64,000 bases of DNA from Candidatus Altimarinota bacterium. Its GTDB lineage: Bacteria > Patescibacteriota > Gracilibacteria > UBA1369. The stretch's first letter is position 1. Each line of letters begins with the position of its first letter. The translations under genes were made by a program, and so were the position numbers. The stretch is taken from contig JBGSVP010000001.1 in the NCBI GenBank assembly GCA_041752875.1, forward strand, positions 62,872-126,871. The letters run 5' to 3'. Shown here one piece after another: positions 47,884 through 57,130 of this stretch. The notes beneath the pieces were generated by a model, which was given only the letters and a program-made list of their open reading frames with translations, was not told the origin of the DNA and searched no databases.

Positions 47884-48192
47884 TTACTCCAGAATAGCCA
47901 TTACATCTGACTGATTTAGCACCATCAGTTCCTTTCCGTCGACCTTGATTTCTGTAGGACCGTACTTAGAAAACAATACGACATCACCTACTTTGACTTC
48001 CATATCAATACGGTTACCGTTGTTATCTATTCTGCCGGGACCGACATAAAGAACTTTACCCTTCTGTGGTTTCTCTTTGGAAACGGTTTCCGGAATAATA
48101 AGACCGGAAGCTGAAGTCTCCTTTTCATCAACAGGCTCGACAATCAAACGATCCTCCAGAGGACGAAGCGTGGTATTTTTGTGATCTGACAT
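47884..48192 (-). CDS. groS: co-chaperonin GroES
   Basis: 102 aa. LRPLEDRLIVEPV...ASGLIIPETVSKEKPQKGKVLYVGPGR. Located 43 nt upstream of groEL. Confidence 0.95.
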   Translation of the reverse strand: MSDHKNTTLRPLEDRLIVEPVDEKETSASGLIIPETVSKEKPQKGKVLYVGPGRIDNNGNRIDMEVKVGDVVLFSKYGPTEIKVDGKELMVLNQSDVMAILE

Positions 48193-48250
48193 ATTTATTA
48201 TTGGGTTAAATAATAGGTTTTAATTGTATATATCTTTTCGTTATTTACAT

Positions 48251-48277
48251 TTGGCACTCCCAACAAAAGACTGCTAA
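48251..48277. promoter_or_regulatory. CIRCE-like inverted repeat (HrcA operator) upstream of groES
   Basis: TTGGCACTC-N9-GACTGCTAA against the consensus TTAGCACTC-N9-GAGTGCTAA, with one mismatch per arm. It lies 58 nt upstream of the groES ATG. Confidence 0.65.
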
Positions 48278-48300
48278 GCAATTCTATGATTAGCAGTCTT
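48267..48300 (-). terminator. intrinsic terminator of rny, overlapping the groES promoter and CIRCE
   Basis: Perfect 11-bp stem aagactgctaa / ttagcagtctt with a 12-nt loop. On the minus strand it is followed by ttgtt, giving the U-rich run ucuuuuguu. It begins 28 nt after the rny stop. Confidence 0.55.
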
Positions 48301-48309
48301 TAAAGTCAA
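48281..48309 (-). promoter_or_regulatory. predicted sigma-70 promoter of groES-groEL
   Basis: Minus strand: TTGACT (plus coordinates 48304-48309), 17-nt spacer, TAGAAT (48281-48286). The CIRCE arm follows 3 nt later, which is the classical Gram-positive-type layout. Confidence 0.55.
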
Positions 48310-48327
48310 GCAACAGATTAAGAATCA

Positions 48328-49845
48328 TCAGGTTGCGAACTGTTCCGCTCTTGTTTCACGTATAACATTGACCTTTATCTGACCTGGATATTGTAAATCA
48401 CGTTCAATCTTACGTGCAATATCATGGGACAACTTAATCGCAGACATATCGTCTACGTCTTCGGGAGTAACAAAGATACGCACCTCACTCCCAGACTGTA
48501 CGGCATATGACTTTTTAACTCCAGCGAACGAATTGGCTGCACTTTCGAGGTCCTCCAGGCGTTTAATGAAAACATCAAGATTATCTCGTGTAGCTCCGGG
48601 TCTGGCATTGGATATTCCATTTGCCGCATGAACTATCATAGCCTCCAGCGAACGAGGCTCCGGATCGCCATGGTGTGCCTCTATAGCATGGACTACCGCT
48701 TCGGGGAGACCAAACTTCTTTGCTATATCCCGACCTATCAATGCGTGATGCCCCTGAATCTCATGATCGACAGCCTTACCTACATCATGAAGCAGACCGG
48801 CCTTACGGCAGACATTAACATCAGCCCCAAGTTCGGAAGCAAGATTAGCGGCAAGATAAGACACTTCCATCGAATGCTTAAGCACATTCTGACCATAACT
48901 GGTCCTGAACTTAAGTCGGCCCAGCAACTTTATAAGATTAGGATGCAAACCGGTTACACTTGTTTCAAAAGCAGCTTTTTCCCCAAGATCCTTTATCATC
49001 ACATTTACTTCTTCTTTGACCTTCTCTACGGTTTCTTCTATACGCGCGGGATGAATACGTCCGTCCGCAATCAGGCGTTCCAAAGCTATCTTTGCGATAT
49101 AACGGCGAACCAAATCGAAGCCGGAAATGAGTATCGACCCCGGGGTATCATCAACTATCACATCTATTCCGGTAGCCTGTTCAAACGTATTTATGTTCCT
49201 ACCTTCACGCCCGATAATTCTACCTTTAAGATCGTCACTTGGCAGATTGACTATCGTGGCTGTGGACTCCGTGGCCGTTTCCGCGGCATATCTCTGTATG
49301 GCATCGGCGATAATGAACTTCGCTTTTTCTCTGGACTTCAATTTAAGCTCATCTTCCGACTTCTGTATTTCCCTTACTATGTCTTCCCTATATTCCTGTT
49401 CGACCTGCTTGATTATAAGAGTCTTCGCATCTTCCTTGGATAAACCTGATATCTTCTGCAATTCCTGTGACTGCATATCGTGTATCTTCTGGACATCCTC
49501 ACGCAACTGACGAATCGCGGTGACTTTGTTTTCGAATTCGGATTTAAGATTGTCCAAATCACGGTTTTTTTTGTCCAGCTGTTCCTCTTTTCCGACCATA
49601 CGGTCTTCGGTCTGCCTCAACTGTTCACGTTTCTTTTCCTCACCCGCCTTGGCTTCCTCCATAACTTTGAAAGCCTCGTTTTTGGCCTTAAATATGATTT
49701 CCTGTGACTTTGTATTGGCCTGTTGAAGAATGAGTTGGCCTTTGTCATGAAGGTCCCTGTTCCTCTCCTCTACTTGCTTTTTCCTGTACATATAGCCGCC
49801 GCCCACACCTATAGCAAGCGCCACCAAAGCTAAAAAATACGTCAT
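48328..49845 (-). CDS. rny: ribonuclease Y
   Basis: N-terminal TM helix, a coiled-coil, a KH domain (GRIIGREGRNI) and an HD domain (LLHDVGKA ... HH). 505 aa. Confidence 0.93.
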   Translation of the reverse strand: MTYFLALVALAIGVGGGYMYRKKQVEERNRDLHDKGQLILQQANTKSQEIIFKAKNEAFKVMEEAKAGEEKKREQLRQTEDRMVGKEEQLDKKNRDLDNLKSEFENKVTAIRQLREDVQKIHDMQSQELQKISGLSKEDAKTLIIKQVEQEYREDIVREIQKSEDELKLKSREKAKFIIADAIQRYAAETATESTATIVNLPSDDLKGRIIGREGRNINTFEQATGIDVIVDDTPGSILISGFDLVRRYIAKIALERLIADGRIHPARIEETVEKVKEEVNVMIKDLGEKAAFETSVTGLHPNLIKLLGRLKFRTSYGQNVLKHSMEVSYLAANLASELGADVNVCRKAGLLHDVGKAVDHEIQGHHALIGRDIAKKFGLPEAVVHAIEAHHGDPEPRSLEAMIVHAANGISNARPGATRDNLDVFIKRLEDLESAANSFAGVKKSYAVQSGSEVRIFVTPEDVDDMSAIKLSHDIARKIERDLQYPGQIKVNVIRETRAEQFAT

Positions 49846-49949
49846 GATTAATATAGTTATTTATATAACTTCCTCCGCCCGGAACCGTCTAAACACGTTT
49901 ACGACACCTTGCAAAGAAAACCGTAATATTTATTGATTATTACATCAAA

Positions 49950-49978
49950 AGTGTAATGAATCGACTCCGAATAGTCAA
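49950..49978 (-). promoter_or_regulatory. possible sigma-70 promoter of rny
   Basis: Minus strand: TTGACT (plus 49973-49978), 17-nt spacer, TACACT (plus 49950-49955). This implies a 5' UTR of about 100 nt. Confidence 0.35.
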
Positions 49979-50146
49979 CGAAGCACAAGAAAAATGCCGT
50001 GATAGCCGCGAGCCAAAAACTCTACTATAGGGAAAAACAACTGGACAAAATTATAAAAAGTTATAAAGAACGAAGATTTAACCTTCCGGTTAGAACTGCT
50101 TAACCAATTTCTGGAATTATGAACGGGAAACATAACTTTCTCTCCA

Positions 50147-51775
50147 ATGCACAAAAAAAATCACCACATAAGATTTCTTAAATTGTTTGTCATTCTTACA
50201 ATTATGATATGCCGTATTGCCCAAGATTCGGCTCTGGCACAAGTGATAAAAGAACTGGATGCCACTCCATCCGTAACAGAAGAAGGTTCAAGCCTTCTCA
50301 TAACCGAAGTAAACTTTAAAAATAACCTGGCCGATTGGGCCGAAATATATTACGAATCGCCAACTGCAACCCCTATCAATATAAAAGGATTCACATTCAA
50401 CGACGACTCCGACTTTAAGAAGATTGATGCTGACTACTTTATTTATTCAGGACAATACACATTACTCACTTTTGACAGCAGACTTCCTGACGAACCGGGA
50501 AAAACATACACAAGCCGCAAAGGCCTTACCGGCACGACCGAACAGTTAGTCATCTATGATAATAACCACAACATAAGAGACGCTGTCTGCTGGGTTTCCG
50601 CGACCCCGGCCGAAAGTGAACTATCAGACCACACACGTCTTTACGATAAAGGTCAATGGACCGACAGCAACATACAAAGCTGTATCCCCAGTAAAGATGT
50701 ATCCACAAATCAGTCGATTTCCAGATTAAACATTCAGGATACGAACAATCGACAAGATTGGATAATCACCTCAACTGCCACTCCCGGAACTACCGAAAAC
50801 ATTGAAGAAATAACAGATATTCAAGCACCAGCATCAGAAAAAGATGATGAGACAGAATTAGTTGCCAAGACAAATTCCCCTATCACAAAAATTTCAACAA
50901 AAAACACGGACAGTAATCCCCTCTCAAATAAAACCGTATCAAAAACCGAAGCATGCCCCAAGGTCACAACAACAAAAAGTTCGACCAAAACAACCACAAA
51001 GAAATACGCGGACGGCGACCTAAGCGACGACATAGTAATATCGGAAATATATCCTAACCCCGGGAAAAAAGAGGAAAACGAATGGATCAAACTAACAAAC
51101 TTTGGGAATAGGGACATTAATCTTGGCAACTGGACACTCGATGACGCAGAAGGAGGAAGCAAACCATATGTCATTCCCGAAACCGAAGTGATAAAAGCCG
51201 GTAACTCGCTACTGTTTGACGGAAAGACGACCAAATTATCACTAAACAATACCGGAGACGAAGTCAGATTGTTCGATTTCAAAGGAGACCCGAAAAATGA
51301 AATAAAATATGAAGATTCACCAAAAGGACAATCCTACGCATACATGGAAATAGTTGGTTCCGACGAAAACCCCCGCCATGAATGGCAGTGGACAAAAGAA
51401 CCTTATATATCAAAACCTAATCCTGTACTTCAGGAGATATCGGGGACTATCGAAAAAAGAGTGTCCACTCCTGAACCTCTTCTTGTAATCAAAAGTTATG
51501 ACGGAAACATCCACGAACTACGCTACAATCAACAGACTATTGAAGCTCCCCTGGCGGAAATCACCTTTACAGAAGGATCTAACGGCAAATTTATAAGCAA
51601 AGACGACGAACTGGTCGGATATGAAATAACATCCCCTGCGACTACACAAAAAGACAAAGACAATAATATCATTACCATTTTGCCTTTTGCCTTAATTTTC
51701 ACCATCATAAGCGCAATAGCCATATACAGGCATTACACCTCATCACATTTACAAAAGAAGACAAATGATATATAG
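50147..51775 (+). CDS. cell-surface protein with two lamin-tail (LTD) domains and a C-terminal membrane anchor
   Basis: Signal-like N-terminus. LLITEVNFKNNLADWAEIYY and IVISEIYPNPGKKEENEWIKLTNFGNRDINLGNWTL...LNNTGDEVRLFD match the LTD pattern. There is a Ser/Thr-rich linker and a C-terminal helix ILPFALIFTIISAIAIY. Confidence 0.75.
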   Translation: MHKKNHHIRFLKLFVILTIMICRIAQDSALAQVIKELDATPSVTEEGSSLLITEVNFKNNLADWAEIYYESPTATPINIKGFTFNDDSDFKKIDADYFIYSGQYTLLTFDSRLPDEPGKTYTSRKGLTGTTEQLVIYDNNHNIRDAVCWVSATPAESELSDHTRLYDKGQWTDSNIQSCIPSKDVSTNQSISRLNIQDTNNRQDWIITSTATPGTTENIEEITDIQAPASEKDDETELVAKTNSPITKISTKNTDSNPLSNKTVSKTEACPKVTTTKSSTKTTTKKYADGDLSDDIVISEIYPNPGKKEENEWIKLTNFGNRDINLGNWTLDDAEGGSKPYVIPETEVIKAGNSLLFDGKTTKLSLNNTGDEVRLFDFKGDPKNEIKYEDSPKGQSYAYMEIVGSDENPRHEWQWTKEPYISKPNPVLQEISGTIEKRVSTPEPLLVIKSYDGNIHELRYNQQTIEAPLAEITFTEGSNGKFISKDDELVGYEITSPATTQKDKDNNIITILPFALIFTIISAIAIYRHYTSSHLQKKTNDI

Positions 51776-51800
51776 TATATAGATACTTTACAACTAAGAC

Positions 51801-52643
51801 ATGACGAAAAAAAATAAAAATCCGAACACGAAAATCTTATGGCTAACCGTATTTCTATTTATGACAGGTATAATATTGGGATTTTCCATAGGTATTTTCG
51901 GAATAGGATTACAAAACACAAAAACAACAAAAACTACAACTACAAACACAACCACACCAACAACGACTATCTCGACGAACGACACTCCTGTCTTAATCAC
52001 TGAACCTCAATCTACGGCAAAATCGGAAAAAGAAGCCGAAATCACGACCAGTCAGATTCTGGAAGATTCAGGAGCCATCTCCAAAGGAGCCGGCCCAACG
52101 GATGGTTCGGAAACCGCAACAATCAGTATCGTGGAATTTGGCGACTATCAATGCACTTACTGCAAAAGATACTTTGAAGAAGATTATACCAAAATCATGG
52201 AAAATTATGTAAAGACCGGCAAGGTCGCCTATACTTTCCGTGATTTCCCCCTTACAAGCCATCCACAATCTTTACCGGCCGCCCTTACTGCGAACTGCGC
52301 CAATGAACAGGGAAAGTTTTGGGAAATGCACGACATGCTTTATGAAAAACAGAATCTTTGGAGCTACAAAGATAACTTCAAAGACACATTTATCAGCTTC
52401 GCAAAAGACCTTAAGCTTGATGAAAAACAATTCAAAGACTGCCTGGAACAGGAAAAATATATATACAAAATCCAAAAAGATATCAAAGATGGTGTATCTT
52501 ACAAGATTATAGGCACACCTACTATATTCATCGAAAAGAGTAAGATAGTAGGAGCTCAACCTTATACGACATTCAAGGCAATAATCGATCAGGAGCTTAA
52601 AAAAGCCGAACTGGAAAAAATAACATCCCAGGAGCTACCGTAA
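51801..52643 (+). CDS. membrane-anchored DsbA-family thiol:disulfide oxidoreductase
   Basis: N-terminal TM helix, Thr-rich linker, thioredoxin-fold CxxC (FGDYQCTYCKRYF) and the DsbA-like C-terminus (IGTPTIFI). Confidence 0.85.
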   Translation: MTKKNKNPNTKILWLTVFLFMTGIILGFSIGIFGIGLQNTKTTKTTTTNTTTPTTTISTNDTPVLITEPQSTAKSEKEAEITTSQILEDSGAISKGAGPTDGSETATISIVEFGDYQCTYCKRYFEEDYTKIMENYVKTGKVAYTFRDFPLTSHPQSLPAALTANCANEQGKFWEMHDMLYEKQNLWSYKDNFKDTFISFAKDLKLDEKQFKDCLEQEKYIYKIQKDIKDGVSYKIIGTPTIFIEKSKIVGAQPYTTFKAIIDQELKKAELEKITSQELP

Positions 52644-53435
52644 AGCAAATCCGCTCAACACCACTTTATAAAGAAGATCTGACGCTTCCGACCTTAACAT
52701 ATTTTTATGTATTTCTTTTTGATCAAATCCGCTCCATAACCAACTTCTCTTATTTAACTCCGAGACATACGGAACAAACCATTCTACATCGGACGGTAAA
52801 CCCGATTGTTGTGGCGATATATTGAACGCAGACAAAACCATTTTGATACCTTCCGCTTTCGAAACCAAAGACTCCGGGCGAAAAAGATTACCTTCATAAC
52901 CATTGACCCATCCCCTGTTCTTTGCCGAACAGACGAATGGAGCAAACCACTGTGTGTTCACGTCCTTAAAACAATAACTGTTTGTATACGCATGAGGCTT
53001 TGCCGCCATGACCTTACTTATGAATACGACAAGGTCTGAACGCGTAACCGGTTCCCCGGGTCTGAAAGTTCCGTCGTCATACCCGCTCACTATTCCCCTT
53101 TCCTTGAGATAATATACGGCTTCAGCCTCCTTTGCCGACAAAGGAAGATCCTTAAAGAGCGACACTTCCGCGGCCGAACTTTTCATGACATCCGACTTAT
53201 CAAACAACAATGCCACCTTATGATAAGAAGAACGGACATCGGGAAAGACTATTCCCAACAGAGAAAGACTCGAAAAAGTAATTACAAATACCAGGAAAAA
53301 ATATCCTATCCTCTTAGGCCAGCGCCTTGAAGTGACAACAGCTCTGGATTTATGATTACCTATCTTTGACTCAGATTTTTTCGCCAAGGTCGTTTTTGAT
53401 AAAAAACTTTTTATGACAACAGGGAACCGGAACAT
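52635..53435 (-). CDS. membrane-anchored protein with two SLH-like (S-layer homology) repeats
   Basis: AVYYLKERGIVSGYDDGTFRPGEPVTRSDLVVFISKV and GWVNGYEGNLFRPESLVSKAEGIKMV resemble SLH motifs. N-terminal TM helix. The start overlaps the upstream stop by 1 nt. Confidence 0.65.
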   Translation of the reverse strand: MFRFPVVIKSFLSKTTLAKKSESKIGNHKSRAVVTSRRWPKRIGYFFLVFVITFSSLSLLGIVFPDVRSSYHKVALLFDKSDVMKSSAAEVSLFKDLPLSAKEAEAVYYLKERGIVSGYDDGTFRPGEPVTRSDLVVFISKVMAAKPHAYTNSYCFKDVNTQWFAPFVCSAKNRGWVNGYEGNLFRPESLVSKAEGIKMVLSAFNISPQQSGLPSDVEWFVPYVSELNKRSWLWSGFDQKEIHKNMLRSEASDLLYKVVLSGFALR

Positions 53436-54562
53436 CAGCCTTTCCTGTGCAACACACCTGAATATTCGATCTCATAGATGTGTAACAAAGTCAAAAACAG
53501 ATTTAATATCAAAGGACCGATTATCACCCCCGGCAGACCAAACATCAACAAGCCTCCGAATACAGCCAAAAAAGTCAGTAGCTGATTGGTGTTTGTCCTT
53601 CCACCGATAAGATAAGCTCTCAAGAAATTATCGACCGTACTCACAATCAACATTCCCCAAAAGAAAATAAATACACCATTCCAGATATGACCGGAAGCCA
53701 ATAATATAATCGCGGCCGGCAACCAGATTATTGATGTCCCGATCATCGGGACCAGAGAAAAGATAGCGACAGCTGTACCCCAAAAGACGGCATTTGGTAC
53801 CCCCGCAATCACAAAACCTACACCTGCCACAATTCCCTGCACGATAGCAGTAAAAAAAATACCGTATAGAGTTGCAAGACTTATCTCTTTGAACTTTTCC
53901 ACCAGGTGTTTTTCATGCTCATTAGGCAAAGGACTTAATACCATCATCTTCTTCACAATCGCCTCATGGTCTTTAAAGAAATAGTAGAGAGCAAAAAGAA
54001 AAATGAAAAAACCCAAAAGAAGACTCCCGAAACCTTTCAATATCGAAGCACTCTGTGAAGCCAGAAATGAAGTGACCGGACGCACCGCATCCAGAAGATT
54101 TTGTTTTATATCCATACTGTCGATAACGATGAATCCCTTAAACTGATCACGCAATTCCCCCAGAGAATCATATATCCATCCGCCCGGCTCCCACTTAATA
54201 ACCCAATCCATCGCTCCACTATTTATCTGCTGTTGGGTATAATGCACTATATCATAAGCCTGCTTACCCAAAAGAAGGAGGAAGACCAAAACAGGAACGA
54301 CTATAAGAAAGAGAACCAGCAATACGCTAATAAAAGAAGCTGTTTTTTGCTTCTTCTTAAAGACAAATAAGACCTTTTCATAAATCGGATAGAAAGCTAT
54401 CGCTAAAATAGCCGCCAGAGTCAAAATCGTCAAAAAAGGCAGAAACAACTTATATAGATATATAAAACTTATGACCAGCGCGGCCAGGAGGAAATAACCG
54501 GGAAAATGCTCCAAAATGATACCGCTATGTGAGAATATGATTTTTTTATTTTCTTTTGGCAT
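53435..54562 (-). CDS. AI-2E family transporter (PerM/YhhT-like permease)
   Basis: 375 aa with about 8 TM helices. The layout and C-terminal motifs (VPNAVFWGTAVAIFSLVPMIGT ... GLPGVIIGPLIL) are typical of the AI-2E family. Confidence 0.8.
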   Translation of the reverse strand: MPKENKKIIFSHSGIILEHFPGYFLLAALVISFIYLYKLFLPFLTILTLAAILAIAFYPIYEKVLFVFKKKQKTASFISVLLVLFLIVVPVLVFLLLLGKQAYDIVHYTQQQINSGAMDWVIKWEPGGWIYDSLGELRDQFKGFIVIDSMDIKQNLLDAVRPVTSFLASQSASILKGFGSLLLGFFIFLFALYYFFKDHEAIVKKMMVLSPLPNEHEKHLVEKFKEISLATLYGIFFTAIVQGIVAGVGFVIAGVPNAVFWGTAVAIFSLVPMIGTSIIWLPAAIILLASGHIWNGVFIFFWGMLIVSTVDNFLRAYLIGGRTNTNQLLTFLAVFGGLLMFGLPGVIIGPLILNLFLTLLHIYEIEYSGVLHRKG

Positions 54563-54602
54563 AATATTTGTTTATTAGATTCTAAATATAATTTTTATAC
54601 TA

Positions 54603-55319
54603 TCAGACGGCAGAAGGAGCCTGAAACAGGAAACCTATGGCATAACCGGCCAAAGCCGCGACAGTTCCTATTATCATCATTTCGAGTCCGCTCCTTCCCC
54701 AATTTCCTATGGTCATCCTTGCCTTAACCGCTCCTATCACAAACAACGTCAAAGCCGAAATAACGATTGCTATATAAATAGCCGGCCCGATCGGAGTGAA
54801 AAAGAAAGGCACAAGCGGAATCAGTGAACCTATTATAGCCGAGACACCTACTACTGCCGCCGCCCTTAAAGGCTGACCTTTTCCCACAGGAGACAGATTC
54901 AGCTCATCACTCATCATCGTACTTAGCCAGATTTTTTCATTCGAAACGATTACCTGCACGATTTTTTCCAGTAACTTACCCTCAAAACCTTTTTGTCTGA
55001 ATATTTCGCGAATTTCTTCCTCCTCCGTTTTCGGCATTTTCTTTATCTCCATCTTTTCCCTTGCCATTTCGCTCATATAATAATCTCTCTCGGCAACAGT
55101 CGAAGTATAAGCAACCGCGGCCATCGAAATAGACTCGGCAAAAGTTGCCGCCAGCCCCGCCGCAATAACGATGCGGGTATCCTGTGAAGCCGCAGCCACA
55201 CCCAACAACACACCCAGCACATTCACCAGTCCGTCCTGCCCCCCCAGAATAACATCACTAAGACGATTATTCTTATGTTCTTCCTTGACCGCGACACTCT
55301 TGACCACACGCTTGGACAT
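54603..55319 (-). CDS. VIT1/CCC1-family Fe/Mn transporter
   Basis: ILGGQDGLVNVLGVLLGVAAAS, a cytoplasmic Glu-rich helix bundle (MEIKKMPKTEEEEIREIF), and C-terminal TM helices. This is the VIT-family layout. Confidence 0.85.
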   Translation of the reverse strand: MSKRVVKSVAVKEEHKNNRLSDVILGGQDGLVNVLGVLLGVAAASQDTRIVIAAGLAATFAESISMAAVAYTSTVAERDYYMSEMAREKMEIKKMPKTEEEEIREIFRQKGFEGKLLEKIVQVIVSNEKIWLSTMMSDELNLSPVGKGQPLRAAAVVGVSAIIGSLIPLVPFFFTPIGPAIYIAIVISALTLFVIGAVKARMTIGNWGRSGLEMMIIGTVAALAGYAIGFLFQAPSAV

Positions 55320-55385
55320 ACTATCCGGCTAATAATAAAACGGGTCAATTATACCTTCTTATCGTTCATTTAAAAAGATATTCGT

Positions 55386-55414
55386 TTTACATATAAGAAC
55401 GGAGATGATAATAT
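55386..55414 (+). promoter_or_regulatory. predicted promoter of the copper operon
   Basis: TTTACA (55386-55391), 17-nt spacer, TGaTAATAT (TG at 55406-55407, -10 at 55409-55414). Confidence 0.4.
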
Positions 55415-55426
55415 ATAGACACACCT

Positions 55427-55445
55427 ATACCACAGGTACAGGTAT
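55427..55445. promoter_or_regulatory. candidate CsoR operator (inverted repeat ATACC-N9-GGTAT)
   Basis: The inverted repeat sits just downstream of the predicted -10 and about 20 nt upstream of the ATG at 55465. Known CsoR operators are pseudo-palindromes containing TACC...GGTA cores. Confidence 0.35.
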
Positions 55446-55464
55446 TACCAATAAACGCCGCACT

Positions 55465-55737
55465 ATGGAAGACAACAGAAAAAACATATTGATCAGCTAC
55501 AAGAAAGCCGGAAGTCTTATCGATAAGATAACCGAGATGGTCGAAAACAAGGAATATTGCATCGATATAATGCAGCAGAACCTGGCGGTCATGGGACTCC
55601 TGAAATCCGCGCATAATTCCCTGATGCAGGATCACCTGAATTCATGTTTCAAAAAAGCCATGTCTACAACCAACGAACGACGCAAACAGGAAATGATCGA
55701 CGAAATAATCAAAGTCAGCAGACTTTCCGACAAATAA
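55465..55737 (+). CDS. csoR: copper-sensing transcriptional repressor CsoR (DUF156 family)
   Basis: C-H-C fingerprint: Cys in EYCIDIMQQ, and His-x3-Cys in DHLNSCF. The track ORF starts at 55405, but the promoter and operator lie inside that extension, so I favour the ATG at 55465 (MEDNRKNIL). Confidence 0.85.
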   Translation: MEDNRKNILISYKKAGSLIDKITEMVENKEYCIDIMQQNLAVMGLLKSAHNSLMQDHLNSCFKKAMSTTNERRKQEMIDEIIKVSRLSDK

Positions 55738-55762
55738 CACAATTTGTATAACCCCAATAATA

Positions 55763-57115
55763 TTGAAAAAGCTATCCATACCGATAAAAGGAATGCACTG
55801 CCGGTCATGCGAAATGATGATAGAAGAAGAGATAAATAAGATACCGGGCATAAAAAAGATCGACGTAGACCACAAGAAAGGAATCGCCGAAATACTTTAC
55901 GATGACGTTCCCCCACCGGAAGAACTAATCAAACAAGCCATCAAAGACGCTGGTTATGAGACCGGAACAGAAAAAAGACATATCTTCTCCCGCAATACAA
56001 AAGATTATACGGATCTGATAACTTCCATAAGTATAGTTATCATCATTTACCTAATCCTTTCGGCTGCAGGAATCCACGGAGTGGGCTTTTCCACGACCGA
56101 CGACCTAAGTAACATATGGGTCATATTCCTTATCGGCATCACCGCCGGCATGTCGTCGTGCATGGCACTGGTTGGAGGACTTGTACTTGGAATGGCGGCA
56201 CGTTTTGCCGAAAAAAATCCACAAGCCAGCCCGCTACAGAAATTCAAACCGCACATTTTCTTCAATGCCGGAAGAATAATTTCATATTTTTTCCTGGGCG
56301 GACTGATAGGAACGATTGGATCTACGATTAAATTTTCTCCGGGAATACTGGGTTACCTTGTAATAACTGCCGGAATAGTGATGCTTTTTCTGGGACTGCA
56401 ACTGATAAAGATTTTTCCCGTAATAAGCCGTTTCCAGCTAACATTACCGAAAGTCATCAGCAAGACATTCGGCATCGTCCGGCATGCCCCGAAAGAATAC
56501 AGCAACAAAAATGCCATGACACTGGGCGCACTGACATTCTTTCTTCCATGCGGTTTTACCCAGGCCATGCAGGTTTACGCCATAAGTACCGGATCGTTCA
56601 CAACAGGAGCCGTAGTCATGGGAATTTTCGCGCTCGGCACTACTCCGGGAATGCTTGGCATCGGAGGACTTACGTCTATATTTAAAGGTAAAAAAGCGGA
56701 TAAATTTTTCACTTTCATAGGCGTGACAGTAATAGCTTTAGCCTTTTTCAACATCAGTAACGGACTGAACCTAGCCGGAATATCCCTACTCCCATCAACA
56801 ACTTCGACAGAACAGGGAAAAAACATCGTTCCGCCGAAAGACGAAGACGGCAAACAAATAATCAATATGACACAATCATACCGGGGATATTCGCCTAATG
56901 AGTTTACAGTAAAAAAAGGTATTCCCGTAAAATGGGTTATAGAATCAGAAGACAATTATTCATGTGCCAGCAGTCTTATCCTTCCTAAATATGAAATCTC
57001 AAAAAACCTGACCCAGGGAGAAAACATTATCGAGTTCACTCCTTCAGAGACGGGAAGAGTAAGTTTCACATGCTCAATGGGCATGTACAAAGGATGGATT
57101 AACGTTATTGAATAA
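55763..57115 (+). CDS. HMA-domain / TauE-SafE-like permease / C-terminal cupredoxin-like fusion protein
   Basis: TTG start. N-terminal heavy-metal-associated motif GMHCRSCEMMIE, a polytopic membrane core, and a C-terminal beta domain ending in FTCSMGMYKGWINV (cupredoxin-like). Confidence 0.8.
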   Translation: MKKLSIPIKGMHCRSCEMMIEEEINKIPGIKKIDVDHKKGIAEILYDDVPPPEELIKQAIKDAGYETGTEKRHIFSRNTKDYTDLITSISIVIIIYLILSAAGIHGVGFSTTDDLSNIWVIFLIGITAGMSSCMALVGGLVLGMAARFAEKNPQASPLQKFKPHIFFNAGRIISYFFLGGLIGTIGSTIKFSPGILGYLVITAGIVMLFLGLQLIKIFPVISRFQLTLPKVISKTFGIVRHAPKEYSNKNAMTLGALTFFLPCGFTQAMQVYAISTGSFTTGAVVMGIFALGTTPGMLGIGGLTSIFKGKKADKFFTFIGVTVIALAFFNISNGLNLAGISLLPSTTSTEQGKNIVPPKDEDGKQIINMTQSYRGYSPNEFTVKKGIPVKWVIESEDNYSCASSLILPKYEISKNLTQGENIIEFTPSETGRVSFTCSMGMYKGWINVIE

Positions 57116-57130
57116 CTTTTTATACACAAT

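Noticed and set aside
49846-50146. 301-bp intergenic region examined for a small structured RNA (SRP RNA, 6S, tmRNA, RNase P).
   Set aside because: I saw no conserved cores, such as the SRP GGAA/AGCA motifs or a tmRNA tag with a CCA-like end. The region is adequately explained by a long rny 5' UTR plus the promoter of the LTD gene. An Rfam scan would be needed to exclude more.
55320-55404. Possible yybP-ykoY (Mn) riboswitch upstream of the VIT1-family transporter.
   Set aside because: The spacer is only 85 nt, AT-rich, and lacks the conserved GGGGAGUAG-type core. It more plausibly holds only the divergent promoters.
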